From NCBI GenBank assembly GCA_017537245.1, contig JAFYLD010000031.1:742-64741 (forward strand): a stretch of 64,000 nucleotides of DNA. The letters are read 5' to 3'. The stretch is from Clostridia bacterium (GTDB lineage: Bacteria; Bacillota; Clostridia; Oscillospirales; Acutalibacteraceae). The notes below the pieces were generated by a model. It saw only the letters and a program-made list of their open reading frames with translations. It was not told the origin of the DNA and ran no database searches. A program made the position numbers and the translations under genes. Shown here piece after piece: positions 18,800 to 26,972 of the stretch (positions are counted from its first letter, which is position 1; every line of letters begins with the position of its first letter).

Positions 18800-19879
18800 A
18801 TGACCGATTTTGAACTTAACGTAATTGAAGAAGGCTTTTACAAAGGTGAGCCTTGTGACGACTTTAAAATTCATCTTGTAAAATATCACCCTGGCGTACC
18901 GGGATTTACGCTAAAATACAATTACGAAATAATCTACAAAGGCGAACGCATCAGCGCGCGCGGTTGCGGTATAGAAGCCGACAACCCCGAAGTATATATC
19001 AAGGCTGACGAAATTCTTATTCCTGACCGTGTTCGCAAGTTGGGCGGATGGCTTACCATTTCCCTATTTTGCGCACAAGATCACGATTACACTGCAACAC
19101 TTAAAATCAAGATGCGTAAATATGAGCTAACCCTTGAAGATAACTTTGAAAGTTATAACACAGATTTGTGGAACGCTCGTTCAGCCGGCGCAAAGGTTGC
19201 TATGGCATTTACCGAGCCGCTTGATAACTACGTTCGCGACAATCATCTTTGCCTTGATTTTAAAAAGCACGAAACACCAACCATGCGCAATGGCAAAGAG
19301 TGCTACTACTCTGACGCCGGTGTTGATACAAAGGGTAAGTTCTCACAAAAATATGGTTGTTTCTCTACCCGAATGAAATTGCCGGATGCTCCAAAGGGTA
19401 TTTTCTCGGCATTTTGGCTCGTTCCGGAAGGCAGATACCAAGAGGACTACTTCTTTAAGCGCACCGATACCGGCGATGAATTCCATGGTTGTAGTGAAAT
19501 CGATATTATGGAAGTTTTCCACGATGCCGACACACTTGGCTCTGCTCACACCGAGCATTACTGGGAGCCTAATTGGGACCGCGCTACACAGGGCATTACC
19601 AAGAGCTCACTTGACAATTTCTACACCATCCCTGGCTTTAAATACGATAAGTATTATGAATTTGCTTGCGTTTGGAACGAATACGGCATTTACTACTACG
19701 TAGATGGCGAACTTGTAAGAGATAATCAAAACATTGCTCCTGTTGAGGAAGTGTTCCCTGCTTTTATCCTTTATACTTGCTATATCGGACCTAAGGGCAG
19801 CGGCGCTCGTTTTGGTGAAGTAGATGACGAACTACTACCAAAAACACTTCTTATCGATTGGCTAAAGGTTTATAAATAA
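18800..19879 (+). CDS. GH16-like glycoside hydrolase, paralog 3
   Basis: 359 aa. FWLVPEG, GCSEIDIMEVF, IDWLKVYK. AGGAG SD. 17-nt spacer from paralog 2. Confidence 0.7.
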   Translation: MTDFELNVIEEGFYKGEPCDDFKIHLVKYHPGVPGFTLKYNYEIIYKGERISARGCGIEADNPEVYIKADEILIPDRVRKLGGWLTISLFCAQDHDYTATLKIKMRKYELTLEDNFESYNTDLWNARSAGAKVAMAFTEPLDNYVRDNHLCLDFKKHETPTMRNGKECYYSDAGVDTKGKFSQKYGCFSTRMKLPDAPKGIFSAFWLVPEGRYQEDYFFKRTDTGDEFHGCSEIDIMEVFHDADTLGSAHTEHYWEPNWDRATQGITKSSLDNFYTIPGFKYDKYYEFACVWNEYGIYYYVDGELVRDNQNIAPVEEVFPAFILYTCYIGPKGSGARFGEVDDELLPKTLLIDWLKVYK

Positions 19880-19896
19880 TTTGGGAGATTAACACA

Positions 19897-20976
19897 ATGA
19901 CTGATTACGAACTTAACGTAAAGGTTGAATCGTTTTGTGGCGATCAACCTTGCGACGATATGCAAATTCACCTAAAAACCTATCACCCGGGTATTCCTGG
20001 TTACGCTCTAAAGTATAATTACTTTGTCACCTTTAAGGGCGAAAAACTAGCGTTTACAGATTATGACGTAGATTTTAATCTTCCTATGGTTTGGATTATT
20101 GACGAACTTATCGTAATCCCTGATGAAATTCGTCAACGCGGTGAAACACTTAAAATCACCGTTACCCATAAAGAGCACAAGGAATATTCATCTACCATAT
20201 ATATCAAGATGCGTAAATATGAATTAACTCTAGAAGATAATTTTGATACGTATAACACCGATTTGTGGGAAGGTATGCCTTACGGTGCTAAAACTCCGCT
20301 CGCTATTACTCCTGTTCAAGACAACTACGTTAAAAACGGTCAGCTTTGTCTTGAATTCAAAAAACTCGATACACCTATCGTTCGCGACGGTAAAGAGTAT
20401 TGGTACACCGATGCAGGTGTTAGAACAAAGGGCAAATTCTCACAAACATACGGCTGCTTTACCGCAAAGTGCAAGCACCCTAGCTATCGCAAGGGACTTT
20501 TCACTGCATTTTGGCTTATGCCTGAAGGCGAGTATTGTGAAGAATATTTCTTTAAGCGCACCGACACAGGCGACGATTTCCACGGTTGTAGTGAAATCGA
20601 TATTATGGAAATCTTCTGCCATCCAGACACACTAGGCTCTGCTCATACCGAGCATTTCTGGGAACCCGGTTGGGACTGGGACACTCAAGGCATTACCAAG
20701 AGTTCACTTGGCGAGCACTATATAATTCCGGGCTTTAAATATGGCGAATTCCAAGAATATTCTTGCGTTTGGAACGAGTATGCTATTTACTACTACGTAA
20801 ACGGCGAACTTGCAAAGGTAAATCCAAATATCGCTCCTGTTGACGACGTTAAGGCGGCATATATCAAGTTTACCTGCTATATTGGTCCAGAAGGCAGCGG
20901 CAAACATTGGGGCGACGTTCCCGATGAACTATTACCACAAGAGTTTGTTATCGACTGGCTAAAAGTATATAAATAA
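19897..20976 (+). CDS. GH16-like glycoside hydrolase, paralog 4 (most diverged N-terminal domain)
   Basis: 359 aa. FWLMPEG, GCSEIDIMEIF, IDWLKVYK. GGGAG SD. 17-nt spacer from paralog 3. Confidence 0.7.
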   Translation: MTDYELNVKVESFCGDQPCDDMQIHLKTYHPGIPGYALKYNYFVTFKGEKLAFTDYDVDFNLPMVWIIDELIVIPDEIRQRGETLKITVTHKEHKEYSSTIYIKMRKYELTLEDNFDTYNTDLWEGMPYGAKTPLAITPVQDNYVKNGQLCLEFKKLDTPIVRDGKEYWYTDAGVRTKGKFSQTYGCFTAKCKHPSYRKGLFTAFWLMPEGEYCEEYFFKRTDTGDDFHGCSEIDIMEIFCHPDTLGSAHTEHFWEPGWDWDTQGITKSSLGEHYIIPGFKYGEFQEYSCVWNEYAIYYYVNGELAKVNPNIAPVDDVKAAYIKFTCYIGPEGSGKHWGDVPDELLPQEFVIDWLKVYK

Positions 20977-20987
20977 CAATAAAAAAA

Positions 20988-21022
20988 GAAGAACTCAAGT
21001 CCTTTTAGGACTTGAGTTCTTT
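20988..21022. terminator. bidirectional terminator after the GH16 array
   Basis: ~15-bp stem GAAGAACTCAAGTCC/GGACTTGAGTTCTTT with A-rich 5' and T-rich 3' flanks. Confidence 0.8.
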
Positions 21023-21027
21023 TAATA

Positions 21028-21537
21028 TTATAAAACAGACATTAAAATACAACCAATTACGAATGTGCCTGCGCCAACAACCGTTGGGAAAAGAATGCCA
21101 AGCTTGAATTCCGGATTCCAATTAAGTTTTTTGCAACTAGCCTTAAATTTAATGCAGTAAGCAATGTATCTTATTGGTGTAACGAAAACGCCAACAAATA
21201 TTATACAGAAAAACTGAATAACCAATAGTCCTAACTTTCCGCCTAAATCATAATCGTAGGTTTTGCGACCGTCTTTGTATGTAGTTTCAATTACGTAATC
21301 ATAATTAAAAATGTTTTTAAATCCGTGTCTTCTTACAGAAATTACCGACGGTACAGAAATTACCAACGCACCCAAAATTGCGATAAGTGGATTTACCGGA
21401 AGGCCGATAGTAATCATCAACCATCCAATACAACAAAAAATAACAATTTTCCAAATTTCCTTAAGTCCGTGACTCATTTTGTCAAGGGCTTCCATTTCAA
21501 CCTCGTTTAATTCTTGTTCTAACATTTCTTCACTCAT
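21028..21537 (-). CDS. small membrane protein of unknown function
   Basis: Acidic N-terminus (MSEEMLEQELNEVEMEALDK) followed by about 4 TM segments. ATG at 21537 with an AGGGGAA SD is preferred over the track start. Confidence 0.5.
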   Translation of the reverse strand: MSEEMLEQELNEVEMEALDKMSHGLKEIWKIVIFCCIGWLMITIGLPVNPLIAILGALVISVPSVISVRRHGFKNIFNYDYVIETTYKDGRKTYDYDLGGKLGLLVIQFFCIIFVGVFVTPIRYIAYCIKFKASCKKLNWNPEFKLGILFPTVVGAGTFVIGCILMSVL

Positions 21538-21599
21538 AACCAATTCCCCTTTTGTTAATAATATTAGCAATAATCGGTATAACCTATCACCAACTATAT

Positions 21600-21645
21600 T
21601 TTAGCGGATTTTTCGCTAAAAGTCAATAGCGAATATTCCGCTAAA
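21600..21645. promoter_or_regulatory. operator-like repeats in the divergent XRE/membrane-protein promoter region
   Basis: Inverted repeat TTTAGCG-N7-CGCTAAA (21600-21620) plus a third half-site CCGCTAAA (21638-21645) abutting TATAAT (21647-21652). Confidence 0.45.
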
Positions 21646-21683
21646 CTATAATAAATGCATATACTATAAATGGTGGTGGTTAT

Positions 21684-21902
21684 ATGCCTTTATATGAGCG
21701 AATACGAAATCTGCGCGAAGACAAAGACTTAACTCAAACTGATATGGGCAAGGTACTTTCATGTAGCCAACGTGTATATAGCAACTACGAACGCGGAGAT
21801 ATAGATATACCCACTACAACACTTATTAAAATTGCCGATTTTCACAAAGTATCTATCGATTATCTACTTAACCGCACCGATAATCCAAATACAAATATAT
21901 AA
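21684..21902 (+). CDS. XRE-family helix-turn-helix transcriptional regulator
   Basis: 72 aa. RIRNLREDKDLTQTDMGKVLSCSQRVYSNYERG is a classic Cro/C1 HTH. Confidence 0.85.
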   Translation: MPLYERIRNLREDKDLTQTDMGKVLSCSQRVYSNYERGDIDIPTTTLIKIADFHKVSIDYLLNRTDNPNTNI

Positions 21903-21904
21903 AA

Positions 21905-21935
21905 CTCTCAAGTCAAAATTGACTTGAGGGTTTTT
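21905..21935. terminator. bidirectional terminator between the XRE gene and spoIVB
   Basis: Stem CTCTCAAGTCAA/TTGACTTGAGGG followed by TTTTT. Confidence 0.75.
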
Positions 21936-21938
21936 ATG

Positions 21939-23183
21939 CTATGATGCTTGTTTTAGTCTAGAAGATGAATAACTTTCGCCTACCGATTGTGCTGTTCCTA
22001 GCATATTTTCGGCATATATTCCGTACCCTTTTGTAGCATCATCTACTAGTACGTGGGTCAGCGCACCGACAAGCTTGCCGTTTTGCAAAATTGGACTGCC
22101 GCTCATTCCCTGCACTATACCGCCTGTGGCGTTTATTAGTTCTTTATCTGTAACGGTAACTATTAGATTTTGTGTTTTTGAATCACTGTTACCTGTCTTT
22201 TTTATCTTGCAAGAATAAAGTTTTGGCGTACTGCCGTTTACCGTACAAAGTATTTGAGCATCGCCGTTTTTTACCTCTTGTTTAAGCGCGATTTGAGTAA
22301 GTTTAGCGCTGGTTGTTTCTTGTTTCACAACACCATACACACCTAACTCACAATTAAGTGTAATATCCGCAAGACTATCGTAGGTTAATTTACCCTTTAA
22401 TGAACCGGGATTGCCCGAACTACCCTTTTGTACTCCAATTATTTCGGCCTCTACCAGTTCACCGTTGTCTATTTTTAAAAGTGAATTAGTATCGCCGTCG
22501 CATATACCGTGTCCTAACCCGCATACAACACCGCTTGAAGGACTATAAAAAGTAAGCGTACCAATACCCGCAGAACTATCGCGCACCCAAATTCCAATGC
22601 GGTAAACGTCATTCTCTTTATCTAAAACGGGTGTTACGTTGCGAATGATTTTTTTGCCATCGCGCACGATTTCAAATTTCATGATCTTGCCGCCCGATTC
22701 TGTAACAAGTTCTAACACGTCCTCGTTGGTGCTCACTGTCTTGCCGTTTACTGTTTTTATATAATCACCAACCTTAATTCCCGCGCTTTTTGCAGGGTTT
22801 TTCTTGCCGTTTTTTGTATCAATGTCAACACTATCTATAACCAGTACACCGTCGGTATATAACTTCATACCAAATGGCTCGCCCAAAACCTTAACGTACA
22901 TATCATCAACAATTTGCACTTTTGTTTTAGAAATAGGTATTATGCCAAACAACTTTAAATCCACTTCGTAACTCTCGCCTATTTGACGCGGAGTACCACC
23001 TTGTGATTCTTTTGCGCCATTATAAACCGCCGTAATGGGCATAAAGCTATCAATTTTTAATTCGTCGCCAAAATTAAGCTTATAACTATCGGAAATATCG
23101 TCGCTCATAATATATATAGAAGTAAAAATATAACTACTAATAAGCAGCAAAATAACACAAACAATTTTTATAACTTTTTTCAT
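21939..23183 (-). CDS. spoIVB: stage IV sporulation protein B (S55 signalling serine peptidase)
   Basis: 414 aa. N-terminal TM, PDZ region, SAGIGTLTFY...CGLGHGI and QGMSGSPI catalytic contexts. Confidence 0.85.
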   Translation of the reverse strand: MKKVIKIVCVILLLISSYIFTSIYIMSDDISDSYKLNFGDELKIDSFMPITAVYNGAKESQGGTPRQIGESYEVDLKLFGIIPISKTKVQIVDDMYVKVLGEPFGMKLYTDGVLVIDSVDIDTKNGKKNPAKSAGIKVGDYIKTVNGKTVSTNEDVLELVTESGGKIMKFEIVRDGKKIIRNVTPVLDKENDVYRIGIWVRDSSAGIGTLTFYSPSSGVVCGLGHGICDGDTNSLLKIDNGELVEAEIIGVQKGSSGNPGSLKGKLTYDSLADITLNCELGVYGVVKQETTSAKLTQIALKQEVKNGDAQILCTVNGSTPKLYSCKIKKTGNSDSKTQNLIVTVTDKELINATGGIVQGMSGSPILQNGKLVGALTHVLVDDATKGYGIYAENMLGTAQSVGESYSSSRLKQAS

Positions 23184-23269
23184 TATTTATTCCTCCAGTT
23201 TTAATTAATTCTTACTATTTTAATTTGCCCTAAAATAATAAATTTTAACAAAGGAAAAATTTAAAAAAT

Positions 23270-23303
23270 AAAAAAAGACACACAAACAATTAGTTTGTGT
23301 GTC
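23270..23303 (-). terminator. intrinsic terminator after the htrA-like gene
   Basis: 11-bp stem GACACACAAAC/GTTTGTGTGTC. On the minus strand it is followed by a T-run (the plus-strand A-run at 23270-23276). Confidence 0.8.
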
Positions 23304-23319
23304 CCCTGTTTTTAATTAT

Positions 23320-24672
23320 TTATTCTCCATCCGGAAAATCAAATTTTCCGCCACCAGAACCCGGATTGCCTTGTTGTGGAGTTTGCATTTCTTCACGACT
23401 GCCAATTTCTGCCGAATAACTTGATTCGCCAATATTTGCGCGCAACTTAACGTCTAAAACGATTTCGTCGCCTTCGTTTAATAAAACCGTCAACGTAATA
23501 GTATCTCCTGCCTTGCAGTCCTCGATAATATTTAAAATAATATCGTCATTAGTGATTTTAATGCCATTTACGTGGGTAATCATATCGCCCTCGCCAATTT
23601 TACCATAAGCATCGCTATCATCACTAACCGTAGCTACCAAAAGACCAACCGCACCGTAATTTTTTACATCTGCGGTAACAGAATTTACCTCTGTATAGCT
23701 AATACCAAGCTTTGCGCGGTCGGTAACTTTACCCTGAGCAATTAATTGCTCTACAACGCGTTTCATTGTCTTGGTAGGTATTGCAAAACCTATAGCATCG
23801 TACTCAACACCCGCAAGCTTCGATGCAGTAATGCCTACTACCTGACCGTACATGTTTACAAGAGCGCCACCTGATGAGCCTGGATTTATAGCGCTATCGG
23901 TTTGTATTAATCTAGCAGTATAACTTGAGGTCGTCTTTACGCGACGGCTTGTAAGCGAAATAACACCGCTTGTAATAGACGAACTATCAGTAGCGTCACT
24001 TGGTCTACCAACAGCTACAACGTTTTCACCATTTATTAGTTGCGCAGAATCGCCAAAAGTTGCAGGTTTAAATCCTGTGCCGTTTACTATTTTTAAAACT
24101 GCAAGATCGCTTACTGTGTCACCAGCAACGTAAACTGCGTCGTACTCTGTGCCATCGTGGGTAAAAATCTTAAATTTAGGCGCGCCTATTTCTGCATAGA
24201 TATGGTCGTTAGTTACAATATAACCATCTGCCGAATATATTACACCCGATGAATCGCCTGCTTTACCGGCATCGTTATAAGTTCTAATACCAACGATAGA
24301 CTCATTTACCATTTGATAAACCTGAGCAGGTGTATTGGCGTCAGTATCTACAGGTTTTGCCTCTAACCCTACTGTAACGTTATTACCGATATAACTGTTA
24401 TTGGTTGAAACGTTACTTTTGCCTAAGAAATAACCACCAGTGGCGGTTGCGGTTAGCACAATAACAGCGCTCATAACCAAGCAAAAGACTTTAAAACCCT
24501 TGTTCATCGGTTTATAGTCTTCTATTTTTTCTTCAGGTGTGTACTCAACCCTATTCCACATGGGTTCGTCTGCTATAAAATCATCTCCTGAGTCAAACTC
24601 TTCTGCAATTTCAGATTCTGTAGCATCATTATATAACTCGTCGTTATTAATATTTGGATTAAAATCGTCCAT
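23320..24672 (-). CDS. HtrA/DegP-family serine protease with PDZ domain
   Basis: TNDHI (His), DLAVLK (Asp), NPGSSGGALV (Ser), then a C-terminal PDZ. One TM segment. ATG at 24672 with an AGGAG SD is preferred. Confidence 0.85.
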   Translation of the reverse strand: MDDFNPNINNDELYNDATESEIAEEFDSGDDFIADEPMWNRVEYTPEEKIEDYKPMNKGFKVFCLVMSAVIVLTATATGGYFLGKSNVSTNNSYIGNNVTVGLEAKPVDTDANTPAQVYQMVNESIVGIRTYNDAGKAGDSSGVIYSADGYIVTNDHIYAEIGAPKFKIFTHDGTEYDAVYVAGDTVSDLAVLKIVNGTGFKPATFGDSAQLINGENVVAVGRPSDATDSSSITSGVISLTSRRVKTTSSYTARLIQTDSAINPGSSGGALVNMYGQVVGITASKLAGVEYDAIGFAIPTKTMKRVVEQLIAQGKVTDRAKLGISYTEVNSVTADVKNYGAVGLLVATVSDDSDAYGKIGEGDMITHVNGIKITNDDIILNIIEDCKAGDTITLTVLLNEGDEIVLDVKLRANIGESSYSAEIGSREEMQTPQQGNPGSGGGKFDFPDGE

Positions 24673-24682
24673 ATTCAAACTC

Positions 24683-26110
24683 CTATCTAATTGGTAGTGT
24701 AAATTCAAATGCAGTAAATTGGTTTTCTACACTAGAAACTTTAATCACGCCGCCATGATTTTTAATAATTGTCTTTACGATATAAAGACCTAATCCCGTA
24801 CTTTCTTTATTAGATGAACGGGATTTATCAACCTTATAAAATCTCTCGAATACGTGCGGTAATTCAATCTCTGGTATGCCTTTGCCCGTATTTTCTATTC
24901 TAAAGGTAAATTTGCCGCTGTCAAGTTTTATATCAAAACTTATTTCGCCGTCAATTTCTGTAAATTTGATAGCATTGTCTACAAGATTATATACCACGCG
25001 ATAGATTAAATCCTTATCAGCATTTATGGTAATACACTCAAGTTCATCAAGACCATTAATACTAATATTCTTTTCTTCTATGCGCTTTTCTTGACTTATA
25101 ACAATGCCTAGTAATTGTTCTTTAAAATCAAAGTCAGTTTTTACAAGTTCTGTTTCTTTTGATTCAAGACGAGAAATACTAAGCATTGATTCGACCATAC
25201 GGGACAGTCTTTTTACCTCGTCGTGAACTATTTGTAAATAATGATTTTGACGCTCGGGTGGTATTGTACCGTCCATAATACCATCGATAAATCCGCCTAT
25301 TGTAGTCATAGGTGTTCTAAGCTCGTGCGATACGTTGGCAATAAAGCTTTTTCTTACCTCTTCGAGTCGGGCAAGCGAATTGGTCATTTGGTTAAATGAT
25401 ACAGCAAGTTGACCTATTTCATCATCGCGAGTTACAGGAATGCGGCGAGAAAAATCGCCTCTTGCCATCGCCTTTGAAGCCTCGGACATAAGTCTTAGCG
25501 GACGTGTTAATCGATAGGTCATAAAATATAAAGCTATAAACATTAAAACAAGCGGAATAATAGCCGAAATAACGTATATATAGGTTATGTTTTTCATAAG
25601 TTCGCCTGCTTCATCCAAAGAATCTGCCGCTACAATATAACCTTTTTTTACGCCATCTGTTTCTATAATCTCGACCGCTGTATAGTGTGGGTCAACGTAA
25701 AATCCCAGCGCATTAATTTCATAGCCGCCTTCGTTTATAACTTTTTCAATTTCGGCAACGTTAAGCTGGCTACCTTGATGAGAGCAACTTTCGTCACTAT
25801 TCCAAGACTTGCAACCACAAATTCGAATAACGCCGCTTTGGTCGGTTATAAAAATATCACTATCAACAACGATAGCAAGATTATTCATCATATAAAAAAT
25901 CGAACTATCGTCGTATTGCTCGCTTTCTTGCGCGTTTCCTATCTCTATGAAATCGGCTATTGATTCACACGATTTTTGAAGCGTTTGATATTTTTGGTCC
26001 GCTATATACTCATTATACATAAAAGTAAGTATTATAAGTATTGCCGAAAGACTTAAAAAAACGATTAAAGCGATTGCACCAAACTGTTTTTTAAATAGTT
26101 TATGACGCAT
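24683..26110 (-). CDS. sensor histidine kinase (HAMP-HisKA-HATPase)
   Basis: 475 aa. Two TM segments flanking an extracytoplasmic domain. H-box SHELRTPMT, N-box DNAIKF, G-box GTGLGLYIV. Confidence 0.85.
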   Translation of the reverse strand: MRHKLFKKQFGAIALIVFLSLSAILIILTFMYNEYIADQKYQTLQKSCESIADFIEIGNAQESEQYDDSSIFYMMNNLAIVVDSDIFITDQSGVIRICGCKSWNSDESCSHQGSQLNVAEIEKVINEGGYEINALGFYVDPHYTAVEIIETDGVKKGYIVAADSLDEAGELMKNITYIYVISAIIPLVLMFIALYFMTYRLTRPLRLMSEASKAMARGDFSRRIPVTRDDEIGQLAVSFNQMTNSLARLEEVRKSFIANVSHELRTPMTTIGGFIDGIMDGTIPPERQNHYLQIVHDEVKRLSRMVESMLSISRLESKETELVKTDFDFKEQLLGIVISQEKRIEEKNISINGLDELECITINADKDLIYRVVYNLVDNAIKFTEIDGEISFDIKLDSGKFTFRIENTGKGIPEIELPHVFERFYKVDKSRSSNKESTGLGLYIVKTIIKNHGGVIKVSSVENQFTAFEFTLPIR

Positions 26111-26113
26111 ACT

Positions 26114-26803
26114 TTATTTTACCTCAAATTTGTAGCCTACGCCCCAAACGGTCTTTAGCGACCATTTATCTGAAACGTCCTCAAGCTTTTCACGTAATCT
26201 TTTTACGTGAACGTCAACCGTACGTGAATCGCCATAGTAATCAAATCCCCAAACCTCGTCTAGTAATTGGTCACGTGTATAAACGCGGTTTGGATTGCTT
26301 GCAAGGTGGTATATAAGCTCTAATTCCTTTGGCGGCGTATCAATCTGCTCGCCTGCAACTTCAAGCTCGTAATTAGTAATATTAATGCGCAAATTATCGT
26401 ATCTTACCTCGCGAACGTTTGCCGCCTTATCACTATCGCTAATGCGACGAAGAACCGCCTTAATGCGAGCTACAACCTCTTTTGAGTCAAAGGGTTTTGT
26501 TATATAGTCGTCTGCGCCAAGTTCTAGGCCTAAAACCTTGTCAAAGGTTTCGCCTTTTGCGGTAAGCATAATTATTGGCACGTTTGAATTTTTACGTATT
26601 TCGCGACAAACCTGCCAACCATCTAAAACAGGCATCATTATATCAAGCAATACTAAATCAGGATTGTTGATTTGCGCGCTGTGCAACGCCGCGCCGCCAT
26701 CATGCGCTACAAGTGTGGTAAATCCATCTTTTTCGAGATATAGTCGCAAAAGCTCGCATATATTTTCGTCATCATCAACAATAAGTATTTTTTTGTTTTC
26801 CAT
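26114..26803 (-). CDS. OmpR/PhoB-family response regulator
   Basis: 229 aa. Receiver domain (ILIVDDD...LLDIMMP...TAKG) plus a winged-helix C-terminus (VWG..Y.G..RTVDVH...LR.K). Confidence 0.9.
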   Translation of the reverse strand: MENKKILIVDDDENICELLRLYLEKDGFTTLVAHDGGAALHSAQINNPDLVLLDIMMPVLDGWQVCREIRKNSNVPIIMLTAKGETFDKVLGLELGADDYITKPFDSKEVVARIKAVLRRISDSDKAANVREVRYDNLRINITNYELEVAGEQIDTPPKELELIYHLASNPNRVYTRDQLLDEVWGFDYYGDSRTVDVHVKRLREKLEDVSDKWSLKTVWGVGYKFEVK

Positions 26804-26932
26804 TGCTTTTTTCTCCTTGTAAGTTAAGAAGCGTAATGTAATATTTCACAAGTATATAATAAAACAATAATCAAAAGATAGTATTAAGAAAATGTTAATA
26901 TTTTATCACAAATAGTATAATACAAAACAAAG

Positions 26933-26961
26933 AAAAAAGCCACACTAAATTTAGCGTGGCT
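26933..26961 (-). terminator. intrinsic terminator after the zinc-ribbon gene
   Basis: Stem AGCCACGCTAA/TTAGTGTGGCT (one mismatch) followed by a T-run on the minus strand. Confidence 0.65.
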
Positions 26962-26972
26962 TTAAGTTGCGA

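Larger units (their letters stand above)
16564..20976 (+). repeat. tandem array of four ~1.1-kb paralogous gene units
   Basis: Gene starts at 16564, 17703, 18800 and 19897, giving periods of 1139, 1097 and 1097 bp. All four ORFs are 1080 nt. Confidence 0.9.

Noticed and set aside
16898-20635. Recurrent out-of-frame plus-strand ORFs inside the GH16 paralogs (e.g. 16898-17353, 19134-19376, 19386-19703, 20243-20635) as possible overlapping genes
   Set aside because: They recur simply because the host genes are paralogous. They lack SDs, have different lengths and interrupted frames between copies, and show no conservation pattern independent of the main frame.
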